Source of the DNA: an uncultured Chthonomonadaceae bacterium
Lineage (GTDB): Bacteria > Armatimonadota > Chthonomonadetes > Chthonomonadales > Chthonomonadaceae
DNA length: 64,000 nt
Assembly: GCA_963817895.1 (NCBI GenBank)
Contig: CAWFQB010000011.1
Coordinates: 1 to 64,000 of the forward strand
Direction of reading: 5' to 3'
The first letter of the stretch is position 1. Each line of letters starts with the position of its first letter. The position numbers and the translations under genes were made by a program. The notes under the pieces were generated by a model. That model did no database searches and was not told where the DNA came from. It worked only from the letters and a program-made list of their open reading frames with translations. Of the stretch, positions 22,822 to 33,658 are shown in pieces.

Positions 22822-24908
22822 TTAACCGGCGTCGAAACCGGCGTAGCCGTCGCGCAGCAGGCGGGATTGCAGGCGGTTCAGGCGGCGGGCGGTACTGCTC
22901 AAAGCCGTGTCTGTCGGCATAGCGCAGCAGTTCGGTTAGCGGGGTTTCCAGTTGTTCCAGCGTTCCGGTCAGGCGTGGCAGGACTTTTTGCAGCAGTTGC
23001 AGGTCGAGAGCGATTTGCAGGTTGCGCGGTTTGTCGTCGGGCGCGTCGGGCGTGAGCAAACCCGCGCCGTCTACGTCGAAACTGTTGGCGCAGTAGCGTA
23101 ATGCCTCGTCGCGTACCCGGTACGCGAAATGCAGGCCATGCGGCTCGAGTAGGCCGTTGACATCGGCCAGAACGTTCACGACCTGCGCGGCAAAATCGTT
23201 CCCGGTTGGACTGACCTGCCGCAGTTTACTTCGCGCCGCGCTCACATCGGCGACGCGCGCCTGCAAAAACAACGCCTGCCGAACGTCAAGAGTATACCGC
23301 GTATCGTTGTCACTTATTTTACCGTCATTATGATTGCGCTTGCGGTTGCTCATGCCGGTCTTCGCGCAGGCACACCTCTTGAAACGTAAGGGTGTTGGCG
23401 CGATCCAGCACTTTGCGCGACAGGCTGTGCGTGGCCTCGTCCAGATTCAGCGTTCCGGTCAGGAACAAGTTGGCGGGAAGGCGCGCGATGCGTCCATCCG
23501 GCAGCGTCAGTTCGCGCCCCGCCGTTTCCATCGCGGAGAGAATTTCGGCAAAATAGTGTTCCACGCGGGCCAGGTTCATCTCGTCCAGACACAGGAAGAA
23601 GGCGCGGTTCGCGTTTTCCGGTCGTGACGCGCGCAGCAGAAATTCCAGAAACGGCGTGGAAACAAAACTGCCTCTGCCGTCTCGTGCCGGGTACAAGCAA
23701 GTTCACATAGCCGAGCAGGGGCGTGGAGTCGTTCCAATCCGGGCGCGCGGGCAGCAGGCGGTACTGCGCCGTCGTATTGCCGCAAAGCGCATGGGCGAAC
23801 AGCGAGGTGAGGCGCGTTTTACCCGTTCCCGACAGCCCCGACAGCAGCGCGAACGGCTTGGATTGCAGGCAAAGATAGTAATCGCGAATTGTCAGCGCGG
23901 GATACGTAAACCCCTGCGCGGCAATTTCCCGTTCCAGCAGCCGCAGCAATTCGCCCTGCGTATAGCCCGCAATATCCACAGGCGGCGGAACCACGCCCGC
24001 GCTTTCATACTCAGAACGAGATTCGCGGAAGGATGAGGGATGAAGGATGAAGGATGAATTCTCTCCTGCACTTTTCCCTGTTCCCTTTTCCCTTGTTCCC
24101 TTCCTCTGTCTCCTCTTCTCCTTTTCTCCTTTTCTCCCCTTCTCTCCCCGCTGTCCACTGACCACTGACCACTGACCACTGACTGCCCCTGCCCCGTCCC
24201 GGCCTGACACTCAGCCCTCGTGTCAGCAGGCGATGAACGGCGAGGTAATCGGACGCTTCCAGAATTTCGCAGGCAGCTTCGTAGATGATAACATCGGACA
24301 GCAGGCGCAAAATCGGGTCGGTGTCGGGGATGCCGACGTGAACAGGGCGGTTGCTGTAGGATTCGATGCCCTGCACTTCGGCGGGCAGGTCAAAGCGTTC
24401 GCGGGCAACATTCAGGGCGCTTTGCTGCTGTTCGGGGGCAATTTCCAGCGCGCGCAGTCCCATGCGGGTGACAAGCGGCCATGTTTCGGGCTGATGGGCG
24501 CACAAAAACTGCATGGCTGTTTGCCCGCCCGCGTGACGCCGCGACAGAAACGCGCGCAGCGCGCAGGGGAACGGAAGTGGGGCCGAACAGCAGGTCGCGC
24601 AGGTCGTGATTGATCTGCTCCGGTTCGCCCGGTGTACGTAATAGACGCGCGTCCAGATTGGGATTGGGCGCAAGGGCGCGGGCCAAGCCGAGCAGAGCGC
24701 TCATCTGCGCATACGTCAGGTTTGCCCCGTCCGCGAAGCCCGTAGTTTCCAGCAATTGCCCGAAAGCGCGGACGGTTTCGGCATCCTCTTCGCGCAGGCG
24801 CAGGCGTTCCAGTCGCTCCTCGTCCTCGCCCTCGTCCCACGCGGCGCGCAGGGTCAGCAGCCGCTCGGATTGGCGCGTATTCAATTCAAATGTCGGTAAG
24901 GAGGGCAT
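22822..24908 (-). CDS. McrB-like AAA+ GTPase with an N-terminal helical domain and repeat-derived linker (several frameshifts)
   Basis: GLSGTGKT, RPDWNDSTPLLGY, LDEMNLARVEHYF, GTLNLDE, SRKVLDRAN, LDLQLLQKVLPRL. Confidence 0.8.
24028..24184. repeat. Composite of four short-period tandem repeats inside the McrB-like gene
   Basis: (GGATGAA)n, (TTCCCTK)n, (TTCTCCTT)n and (CCACTGA)n in series. Confidence 0.85.
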
Positions 24909-25077
24909 AACGCTGTTACTTCTGCGCAATCCTCTCAGGGCGGCTTGTAGTACGGTATATTCACCTGCGGAATCGCTTTTTCCTGTTTCGAGCCGTGAAA
25001 GCACTTTCTGCCGTGAATCCTGTCCAATCTGTTATACTATCATCAAGATTGATTTTACGGAAAGATGGAGAAAAGGC

Positions 25078-26331
25078 ATGAGCGAAGTAGTTTTGGCGCA
25101 GGCGAAGCGGGCGAAAGCAGCGGCGCGGCAACTGGCGGGTGTCGGAACGGGTGTCAAGAACGCCGCGCTGCTGGCGATGGCGGATGCTTTAACGGCGCAA
25201 TCCGCTTTGATACTGGACGCGAACGCAACCGATGTCGCGACGGGGCGGGAACGCGGGTTGTCCGAAGCCCTGATCGAGCGGCTGACCCTGACGCCCAAGC
25301 GCATTGCGGCCATGGCGGAGGGATTGCGGCAAATCGCCGCCCTGCCCGATCCGGTCGGGCAAATTATAGACGGTTCGCGGCGTCCGAACGGGCTGGACAT
25401 TCAGCGGCGTGCGCGTACCCCTCGGCGTTATCGGCATCATCTACGAGAGCCGCCCGAACGTCACCGTAGACGCGGCGGGACTGTGCGTGAAGGCAGGCAA
25501 CGCGGTGATTTTGCGCGGCGGCTCGGAGGCTATTCGCTCCAATACCATGATGGCGCGGTTGCTGGCAACCGCGGGCGAACGGGCGGGGCTGCCGCCCTAC
25601 AGCATCCAACTGATCGAAACCACCGACCGGGACGCGGCGACAGCCCTGATGCGGGCGGAAGGACTGGTAGATGTTCTGATTCCGCGCGGCGGCGAGAAAC
25701 TGAAAAAAGTCGTGATGGAAAACGCGACGGTTCCCGTGCTGACCTCGCTTGGGCGGCAATTGCCACACCTACATAGACGCAAGCGCCGACTTGAACATGG
25801 CGGCGGACATTGCTTTCAACGCCAAAGTGTCGCGCCCGTCCGTGTGCAACGCGATGGAAACCCTGCTCGTTCATGCCGATGTGGCTGCGTCAATTCTGCC
25901 GACACTGGGCAAGCGCTTCTATGAGGCGGGCGTGGAAATCCGGGGCTGCGACCGCGCTCGGCAACATGTTCCTCACGCGTTGCCGGCAACCGAAGAGGAT
26001 TGGGCAACGGAGTATCTCGCCCTCACGCTTGCCGTTCGCGTCGTGGATAATCTGGACGACGCTCTGAACCACATCGCCCGTTATGGCACGGGACATTCCG
26101 AAGCGATTGTCACCGCAGAATTACGCCCACGCGCAGCGGTTCACGCAGGAAGTGGACGCGGCCTGCGTGTACGTCAATGCCAGTACGCGCTTCACGGACG
26201 GTTCCGAGTTCGGCATGGGCGCGGAAGTGGGCATCAGCACCCAAAAACTCCATGCGCGCGGCCCTATCGGCCTGACCGAACTGACCACGACAAAGACCAT
26301 CGTGCGCGGGAACGGGCAAATTCGCGAGTAA
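25078..26331 (+). CDS. proA: Gamma-glutamyl phosphate reductase (frameshifts)
   Basis: [66 protein letters not shown]. Confidence 0.96.
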
Positions 26332-26337
26332 ATTCAG

Positions 26338-26442
26338 AGTTCACCACCAAGACACAAAGAACACCAAGAAGAGCAGAAAAGGAGAAGAAATTATATTTTT
26401 CTTTTTCTTACCTTGGTGTTCTTTGTGTCTTGGTGGTGAACT
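26338..26442. repeat. Perfect 31-bp inverted repeat between convergent genes
   Basis: agttcaccaccaagacacaaagaacaccaag (26338-26368) and its reverse complement (26412-26442). Confidence 0.9.
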
Positions 26443-27613
26443 TTCTTTTATGATGGCGTTTGCGGCGGTGGCGCGTGGTAGATGTGCTGACGGTTTCGTT
26501 TTTGACGGTTTTGCGCCCATCATCATACGCGCGCAGGGGCAGGCCGTTCAATCGCGCGGTTCTGACGAATTTTGTCAATCGCTGCGGAACGGTCACGGTA
26601 TTCGGGTCGCCGTCGCTTACGTAGCGGTCACTCGCGCCGGATTTCAGTTCGTCTAAGGCTTCGGGGATGCCGCCCCCACCGTTGACGGCAAGGACGCGCG
26701 GAATCCGCAGGGGATCGAATTTGGTGGAAACGGGTGAGGGCGCGGGACCGCCCCACGCATCCAGAACCGCGCGGTTGGCGTAGCGCTTGCCCTTGTATTC
26801 GCCCGATGTGAGGACGCCGTAGTTGTGGGAACGGGGCTTGCAGCCGCCGGGCAACGCAAGGGTGTCCAGATGCGCGCCGGGAACCATGCGTTCGGTCACG
26901 CTTTTGCCCAGCGCGATCTCTTTAGCAATGGCCGCGTCCGACATGCGCGTGAAATAGGGGTGATTGAGGGTATGGTTGCCGAGTTCGCAGCCCATATCAA
27001 GGAGGGCGCGCATTTTCTTCCCGGCGTACCGTTCCGAGCCGAACGCCCCTTCCGGCAGCACATAGAACATCGCTTTGGTGGGGAAATCGGGATGCTGGCG
27101 CGTAAACTCCTGCATGATGCCGACGGCGCAATCCGGGTCAATGCTTTTGTCGCTGCGGTAGCGGAACTGCGTGCTGCGGGCATCATCAAACGTGAGAATG
27201 ACCGGGCTGGTTCCGAGCGGCAAGTCCATTTTGTTGTTCAGGTACTCGCTGAGATTGACCGGGCGGTAGCCCTCATCGTACAATCGCTGCAAATCCGCCT
27301 GAAACTCGTCTATACTGCGGTGCATCATGCGCGTGGCGCAACTCGCGTTGGATGGGGTGGAACCGATCTCATGGTATTCCAGAATGGGGACGCGCCCCGC
27401 TTCATTGACATGCAATTCTTTGAGTTGGGCGGCATCAACGGCAGGCGCGGCGGGAGTTTGCGGCGAATCGGGCGCAGTTACGGTGGAAGCAGACGCGGCT
27501 TTAACAGACGCGGAAGCGGAAAGCGGGTGTACGGAAGGACGCTGCAAGGCAAACAGCAGGCCAAGCATGGCGCACATAACGGAACCGGCACTCAAAAACA
27601 ACAAAAATTTCAT
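26408..27613 (-). CDS. Polysaccharide deacetylase family protein, paralog 1
   Basis: [39 protein letters not shown]. Confidence 0.88.
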   Translation of the reverse strand: MKFLLFLSAGSVMCAMLGLLFALQRPSVHPLSASASVKAASASTVTAPDSPQTPAAPAVDAAQLKELHVNEAGRVPILEYHEIGSTPSNASCATRMMHRSIDEFQADLQRLYDEGYRPVNLSEYLNNKMDLPLGTSPVILTFDDARSTQFRYRSDKSIDPDCAVGIMQEFTRQHPDFPTKAMFYVLPEGAFGSERYAGKKMRALLDMGCELGNHTLNHPYFTRMSDAAIAKEIALGKSVTERMVPGAHLDTLALPGGCKPRSHNYGVLTSGEYKGKRYANRAVLDAWGGPAPSPVSTKFDPLRIPRVLAVNGGGGIPEALDELKSGASDRYVSDGDPNTVTVPQRLTKFVRTARLNGLPLRAYDDGRKTVKNETVSTSTTRHRRKRHHKRKFTTKTQRTPR

Positions 27614-27650
27614 GGGCGGATGAATACTGTAAGGATGGAACCAGTATATG

Positions 27651-27957
27651 TCAGTCGTTCTGTGAGAGCAGGCTCGCTATATCGCGGTTGCCATGAACGA
27701 CACGTAGAATTTCAACAGGCCGTGTTGCCGGATCATAGATGATTAAATACGAGAAGACAGGCCAGAACTTAATCGGCCTATCCGTTAAATCTTCCCGCAG
27801 ATGCCCTGCACCCGGCGCGCGGCTCAGGAATTCAATGGCCTCCTTGATTTTCTTCAGGGTAGATTGCGCAACGCGCAATGCCAGCCTCGCGTTTCAAGTA
27901 AGCTCTGATGTCGGCAAGGTCTTCCTTTGCCTCATCCGTGAGAAGGTAGAGTTTCAT
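27651..27957 (-). CDS. ParE/RelE-family toxin (frameshift near 27878)
   Basis: MKLYLLTDEAKEDLADIRAYL...PGAGHLREDLT...YLIIYD...ILRVVHGNRDI. Confidence 0.88.
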
Positions 27958-28241
27958 TGGCGTTCTGCAAACCCCTGTTCCACCTGCTGTTCCTCAAGGC
28001 GTATCTCTTCCTCAAGTTCCGCTTCCATTTGAGCAAAAAACGTTTCACCATCCGACAGACGGCCCGCCCGCGCTGATGCATATCCCGCTTCTATCTTCTC
28101 TCGAATTTCCGCTTTGGCAAGGTCGCGCTTTTCCAGCAAACGGAGGGCTTCGCGCATGACATCATTGGCGGAATGGTAGCCTCCCGTCTGCACTTTGCTT
28201 TGTACAAGTTGTTCCAATTCGGGAGTAAGAGTAACGCTCAT
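27954..28241 (-). CDS. ParD-family antitoxin
   Basis: MSVTLTPELEQLVQSKVQTGGYHSANDVMREALRLL; ATGA overlap with the toxin. Confidence 0.9.
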   Translation of the reverse strand: MSVTLTPELEQLVQSKVQTGGYHSANDVMREALRLLEKRDLAKAEIREKIEAGYASARAGRLSDGETFFAQMEAELEEEIRLEEQQVEQGFAERQ

Positions 28242-28328
28242 GGTAGAGTTTCCTTTCCGGCAAGTCGCTTTATAATCCATTATAACCTGATAGTTACTTT
28301 TTCGTCAAAAGTTTGCTCTGTCTGCTAT

Positions 28329-29444
28329 TCAGTAGGTATGCAAAGTGTTGCCGCGCAAACGGTCATTGGCTACGGCGGGGGCTTCTTTGCGGGGGAGGGT
28401 GACGGTATTAGGGTCGCCGTCGCTGATGTAGCGGAGTTTGGGATGCGCTTTGAGAAAGTCCAGCCAGTGCGTCAGGCCATCACCGTCTTCTATCGGCTCG
28501 ATGCGCGGGATACGAAACGGGTTGAACTTGCGGGAAATGGGAGAGGGAGCGGGGCCGCCCCATGCGTCCACAACCGCGCGATTGGCGTAACGGATGCCGC
28601 CCGCTTCGCCGATTTTCAGAATGTCCTCGTTTTTGGAGCGGGGATGCTGGCCGCCGGGCAGGGCGAGAATGTTGACCTGCGCGCCGGGAGCCATCTGCTC
28701 GACGGACTGTTTCCCCTGCGCGATCTCGCGCACAATCGCCTCATCCTCCATGTGTCCAAAGTAGTGATGATTGTACGTATGGTTTTGCAGGTCACAGCCC
28801 ATAGCCCGCAATGCCTGAAACTTCTTTGCCGTCTGCCGGTGGTTGCCAAATCCCCATTCTGTTAAAACGAAGAACGTGGCCTTGACGGGAAAATCAGGAT
28901 GCGTTCGGGCAAACTCCTGCATAATGCCAACCGCGCAGTCCGGGTCAATGTTGCCGTCCTTGCGATACTGAAACTGCGATTCGCGGGCGTCATCAAAGGT
29001 TAAAATCACGGGCGTCATACCTGCCGGCACATCAATATGGTTGTCCAGATAATCCTGAAACGAGATGGGCCGGTAGTTTTCCGCGTACAGCCGTTCGAGA
29101 TCGTGGCGGAAGGCGCGGGGGCTGCGAAACATCTTGGTTTTGCCGGCCTTGATGTCGTGGTATTCCAGAATGGGGAATTGTCCCGCTTCGTTGACGCCAA
29201 GACGGGTCAGTTCCTCAACGGAAAGCGCGGGCGTGGCAGGCGTGTTCGTCCTGTCCGATTCTCCTCCATGCGCGGCGGCAAGTAAGGCGCGTTCCGGTTC
29301 AGGAAGGGAAGCCCGCATTTTGACCATTTCGCCAACCGCAAGGATCAACACCAGCGCAAAAACGACGGCGGATCGCAAAATTTGCTTCCGGCGTCTGGTT
29401 CTGCGGCGTTTGCGTTTGCGGGTACTGGCGAGTTCGATGGTCAT
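28329..29444 (-). CDS. Polysaccharide deacetylase family protein, paralog 2
   Basis: NEAGQFPILEYH, ILTFDDA, QNHTYNH, LALPGG, YISDGD. Confidence 0.88.
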   Translation of the reverse strand: MTIELASTRKRKRRRTRRRKQILRSAVVFALVLILAVGEMVKMRASLPEPERALLAAAHGGESDRTNTPATPALSVEELTRLGVNEAGQFPILEYHDIKAGKTKMFRSPRAFRHDLERLYAENYRPISFQDYLDNHIDVPAGMTPVILTFDDARESQFQYRKDGNIDPDCAVGIMQEFARTHPDFPVKATFFVLTEWGFGNHRQTAKKFQALRAMGCDLQNHTYNHHYFGHMEDEAIVREIAQGKQSVEQMAPGAQVNILALPGGQHPRSKNEDILKIGEAGGIRYANRAVVDAWGGPAPSPISRKFNPFRIPRIEPIEDGDGLTHWLDFLKAHPKLRYISDGDPNTVTLPRKEAPAVANDRLRGNTLHTY

Positions 29445-29445
29445 G

Positions 29446-29564
29446 GGTGTTCGGTGTTCGGTGTTAGGTATTCGGTATTCGGTGTTCAGTTACTGCCTCT
29501 TCTGTATGTGAGGTCTTTCCCACGCTCAGGAGGTTGTATCACCGAATACCGAACACCGAACACC
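29446..29564. repeat. (GGTGTTC/GGTATTC)n ... (GAACACC/GAATACC)n inverted heptamer repeat
   Basis: Arms about 29446-29487 and 29540-29564. Confidence 0.85.
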
Positions 29565-29571
29565 GTTTTAT

Positions 29572-30663
29572 TCAGTACGTTCGCAACGAAGAGCCGTTGA
29601 GCCGTTTAGGTTCGATTTTGGACTCAAGGTTTTTGGGAATGGTCGTGATATTGGCGTCGCCGTCGCTGATGTAACGGGTGTGGCTGGTTTTAATCTGTTC
29701 CAGCAGGGCGATGCTGCATACGCTGCTGTCGGGAAAGGCCGGGTTCACGTCTGCCGCCTGAATACGGGGGATGCCGGTCGGCTTGAAGCGTTTCGAGATC
29801 ACGGCGCGTGCGGGACCGGCCCCGACAAGCATCACGGCGCGGTTGTGGTAACGAATTCCGCCGGATTGCCCGTCTGTGGCTAAGGCTTTGTTGCGGGGCG
29901 ACACGCCAAACGGCAGCGCGAACTCGTCCACGCGCGCCTGCGGCAGCATTTTTTGGATTTCCTGCTGGCAAAGGGCGATTTCCCGCTGCACTTTTTCATC
30001 GGAGAGATTGCGCAGGTTGGCGTGGGTGAGCGTGTGGTTCTGAATTTCGCAGCCCATTGCCACGAGCGCCTGCATCTTCTTCAGCGTCAATTCCGGCTGC
30101 CCGAAGCCGGTATGCGTTCCGGGCGACGGCTGCACGAAAAACGTGGCCTTCACGGGAAAATCGGGGTGCGTTCGCGCAAACTCCTGCATAATCCCGATTG
30201 CGCAGTCCGGGTCTACGCTGCCGTCGGGCATCATGCGGTACTGCGTTTCGCGGGCATCGTCGAACGTCAGCACGACCGGGCTTTTGCCGAGTGGAATCCC
30301 GATTTTGTTGTCCAGATACTCGGCGAGTGTGACGGGGCGGTAATCGTCATCATACATGCGCTGCAACTCCTTGCGGAAACCCTCCGGGCTGCGCACATAA
30401 GAGCCGACCTGATCGGCCTTATACCTGCCGACGCCTTTCACATCAATGGAATGGTACATCAGAACCGGAACCATACCCGCTTCATTGGGCTTGAGCGCCA
30501 GTTGTTCTCTGGACAGGGGAGCGGCAGTCGCGCCGGGACTGCGAGTTGTTTTTATGGGTGTTGTGGGCGGGGGCGCGGTTGTCACATTCGCGCGCCGGTG
30601 ACAGCCTGCAACGGCGAAAAGCGCCAAACTCAAACCAAAATAACGAAAATGACGGTGGTTCAT
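29572..30663 (-). CDS. Polysaccharide deacetylase family lipoprotein, paralog 3
   Basis: Lipobox-like LALFAVAGC; PNEAGMVPVLMYH, VLTFDDA, QNHTLTH, FALPFG. Confidence 0.88.
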   Translation of the reverse strand: MNHRHFRYFGLSLALFAVAGCHRRANVTTAPPPTTPIKTTRSPGATAAPLSREQLALKPNEAGMVPVLMYHSIDVKGVGRYKADQVGSYVRSPEGFRKELQRMYDDDYRPVTLAEYLDNKIGIPLGKSPVVLTFDDARETQYRMMPDGSVDPDCAIGIMQEFARTHPDFPVKATFFVQPSPGTHTGFGQPELTLKKMQALVAMGCEIQNHTLTHANLRNLSDEKVQREIALCQQEIQKMLPQARVDEFALPFGVSPRNKALATDGQSGGIRYHNRAVMLVGAGPARAVISKRFKPTGIPRIQAADVNPAFPDSSVCSIALLEQIKTSHTRYISDGDANITTIPKNLESKIEPKRLNGSSLRTY

Positions 30664-30901
30664 GCCTGCTTGCTGCCTTATGTTTCGAGGATTTGTTTGG
30701 ATAGACTACGGATAGACTATTGGAATAGGAACGCGCGTAATATTCGCGTGTGACGGCGCGGATTCCTGCTTGTTGTCTTGAATTATGGAAGGGAATCGCT
30801 GTTCCTGTGCCGAACTATTAGTGGCAACCACATCAAATTTCGCGGAATCGCGCTGTTTCATAACACTTTGCGCGCTTCCCGATACAAGGAGCAATGAAGC
30901 A

Positions 30902-32056
30902 ATGGCTACCGATACAGTGCGATTTGGAATCATCGGAACGGGCGGCATGGGGAGCGGACACTGCAACATGATGGCGCAGATACCGGAAGCCCAACTCGCC
31001 GCCCTGTGCGACGTAAACCCGGACACGCTTCAGCCGCTTGCGGCAAAATATGATGTGCCTGCGTTTGCCACGCATCACGAGTTGCTGAACAGCGGGCTGG
31101 TGGATGCCGTGATTATCGCCACGCCGCACTACTTTCACCCGCCGATTGCCGAAGACGCTTTCGCCAAAGGCATTCACGTTCTGTCGGAAAAACCGCTCGG
31201 CGTTACGGTGAGCGCGGTAGACAAGATGCTGGCGGCCGCGAAAGCGTCCGGCCTGATCTTCGGGGCGATGTTTCAGATGCGGGCAGAGCCGCAAAATCAG
31301 GCGGCAAAGCAAATCGTCGCGTCGGGCGCATTGGGAAACATCTACCGCACCAATCTGGTCATGGGCTGGTATCGCAGTCAGGCGTACTACAATTCGGGCG
31401 GCTGGCGCGCGACATGGGTTGGCGAGGGCGGCGGCGTGCTTATCAATCAAGCCCCGCACTATCTCGACCTATTTACGTGGCTCGGTGGCCTGCCGACAAG
31501 CATTACGGGCAACACGCGCACCCGGCTTCACGATATTGAAGTGGAAGATGAAGCGTTCGCCACGCTGGAATACGCCAATGGCGCGCACGGCTACCTGTAC
31601 GCCAGCACGACGGAAGTGCCGGGACACAACATGCTGGAAATCTGCGGCGATCAGGGCAAAATCGTGCTGCACGGCAGCAACTTAAAGCACTATTCCGTAG
31701 ACGGTTCCATAAAAGAGTTTACCACGAACGCGACGGAAATGTGGGGCAGTCCGAAGTCGGAAGAGGTTCCGGTTACGCTGCCGCCCGCGCCCACGCCGGG
31801 AGGACACGCCGCCATCACTCGCAACTTCGCCCGCGCCATTCTGTACGGCGAACCGCTCATTGCCCCCGGCGAAGAGGGCCTGAAAGCCGTAGAACTCATC
31901 AACGGCATCATCCTTTCCGGCAAAAGCGGCAAAACCGTATCCACTCCCGTTGACCGACAGGAATACGACGCCCTGATTGAAAAACTGAAAGCAGGTTCGC
32001 AGCAGAAAGCCGCCGTCGTAGAGCAGCGCGTCACCGATCCGGCGTTTGCCAAATGA
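30902..32056 (+). CDS. Gfo/Idh/MocA family oxidoreductase
   Basis: FGIIGTGGMG, IATPHYFH, LSEKP, GGGVLINQAPHYLD. Confidence 0.92.
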   Translation: MATDTVRFGIIGTGGMGSGHCNMMAQIPEAQLAALCDVNPDTLQPLAAKYDVPAFATHHELLNSGLVDAVIIATPHYFHPPIAEDAFAKGIHVLSEKPLGVTVSAVDKMLAAAKASGLIFGAMFQMRAEPQNQAAKQIVASGALGNIYRTNLVMGWYRSQAYYNSGGWRATWVGEGGGVLINQAPHYLDLFTWLGGLPTSITGNTRTRLHDIEVEDEAFATLEYANGAHGYLYASTTEVPGHNMLEICGDQGKIVLHGSNLKHYSVDGSIKEFTTNATEMWGSPKSEEVPVTLPPAPTPGGHAAITRNFARAILYGEPLIAPGEEGLKAVELINGIILSGKSGKTVSTPVDRQEYDALIEKLKAGSQQKAAVVEQRVTDPAFAK

Positions 32057-33237
32057 CGCAATTTATCGCGCAAAATGGGGTGTTACCCTCGCAGTGGATA
32101 AGGCAAGCCGTCGCGCAGGGCTTTATCGAAGCCACGCAGCTTGTCAGTGAAGCGCAAATTCAGCCGAACAGTCTGGATTTGCGGCTGGATGGTGTCGGGT
32201 ATCGCGTTCAGTGCAGTTTTTTGCCGGGAGAAGAGGGGATACAGCAGAAACTCGCCCGCTACAAGTGGTACGAATTTCCCCTGCCCGAAGAGGGCGTGGT
32301 TCTGGAACGCAATCAGGCGTATATTTTCCCCCTGTGCGAAAGCCTGCGCCTGCCTGACGAAATATACGCCCGGGCCAACCCCAAAAGCACGACGGGACGA
32401 TTGGACGTGTTTACCCGGCTGGTCACGGAATATGGCACGACATTCGATGAGGTTCCGCCCGGATATACGGGCCGTTTGTATCTGGAAGTGGTCCCGCGCT
32501 CGTTCGCTATTCGGGTTCGGACGGGCGACAGTCTGGCGCAAATCCGGTTTCAGATCGGCAGCCCACACCTGACGCGGGACGAAACCATTGCCCTGCTGGA
32601 CAGCGAACATCTGATCTTAGACCCGCGCCTGCAAACCCTGCGTTCGCGCGATCTGCCGGTTGCCAACGCGCTTGTCCTGTCCATCAGCCTGCCCAAAAAG
32701 AACGAGCCAATCATCGGCTATCAGGCAAGGCGCAACACGCCGCCCATTGACCTGCGGGCGATTGGCGGCGCGCGTATCAGCCACTACTGGGACCGGATAC
32801 ACGGCGGCAGCAAGCCCGTAATTTTGGAGCCGGACGAGTTTTACATCTTTGCCAGCCGCGAACTCGTCCGCCTGCCGCCCGAATATTGCGCCGAAATGGT
32901 CGCCTTCGACGCCAGCAGCGGCGAAGTCCGCACCCACTACGCGGGATTTTTCGATAGCGGTTTCGGTTTCAGCGAAGGCCGCAACGCCGATGCCACCGCC
33001 GCCGCCGTCGTACTGGAAGTGCGTAGCCGCGATGTGCCGTTTCTCATTGAGGACGGACAACCCCTGTTTCGCGTCCATATTCTGCGCAGCGTGGAGCCGC
33101 CGGATATTCTGTATGGAACGGGATTGGGTTCCAACTATCAGGGGCAGCGCCTGCGCCTGAGCAAGCAGTTTACCGGTACGCCCGAAGAGGACGATCCCGA
33201 CCCCTCACAGCCCCGTCTCGACTTTTCTTCAGTGTGA
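32053..33237 (+). CDS. dcd: 2'-deoxycytidine 5'-triphosphate deaminase (long two-domain type)
   Basis: QIQPNSLDLRL, ANPKSTTGRLDVFTR, RTHYAGFFDSGFG, VLEVRSRDVPF, SNYQGQRLRLSKQF. Confidence 0.88.
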   Translation: MTQFIAQNGVLPSQWIRQAVAQGFIEATQLVSEAQIQPNSLDLRLDGVGYRVQCSFLPGEEGIQQKLARYKWYEFPLPEEGVVLERNQAYIFPLCESLRLPDEIYARANPKSTTGRLDVFTRLVTEYGTTFDEVPPGYTGRLYLEVVPRSFAIRVRTGDSLAQIRFQIGSPHLTRDETIALLDSEHLILDPRLQTLRSRDLPVANALVLSISLPKKNEPIIGYQARRNTPPIDLRAIGGARISHYWDRIHGGSKPVILEPDEFYIFASRELVRLPPEYCAEMVAFDASSGEVRTHYAGFFDSGFGFSEGRNADATAAAVVLEVRSRDVPFLIEDGQPLFRVHILRSVEPPDILYGTGLGSNYQGQRLRLSKQFTGTPEEDDPDPSQPRLDFSSV

Positions 33238-33262
33238 TAGAAGGAATCCATAAAACAAGATC

Positions 33263-33469
33263 ATGCAGACAACTATTTTTTCCGCTCCCGATATTATGTG
33301 CGATGGCTGCGCCAACGCTATCAAGAAATCGCTCGATAGGCTTCCGGGCGTATTCGGGGTTGCCGTTGACATTGCCGCAAAAAGCGTGACGGTGACGCAT
33401 GAACCGGACGTGGCCCGCGAAACGCTCATCACTGCGCTTGACCGGGCCGGGTTTCCCGTTGCGTCTTGA
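33263..33469 (+). CDS. Heavy-metal-associated (HMA) domain chaperone, CopZ-like
   Basis: PDIMCDGCANAI...LDRAGF; 68 aa. Confidence 0.9.
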   Translation: MQTTIFSAPDIMCDGCANAIKKSLDRLPGVFGVAVDIAAKSVTVTHEPDVARETLITALDRAGFPVAS

Positions 33470-33658
33470 AACGCCCTGTTCCACCCCGCCCATGCCCGCG
33501 CTGTACGCCGTAACGGAGCGCATCGGCTTCAAAAAACTGCGTTGCATTTGTGGATTCAGGCAGGAACTTCGCGGCTTCGGCAAAATAGTGTTTTGTCTTG
33601 CTGATTATTGCGGTTTCGACCGCCTTGCTGTAGTTGTTGTCGTGGAAGGAGAAGTGCT

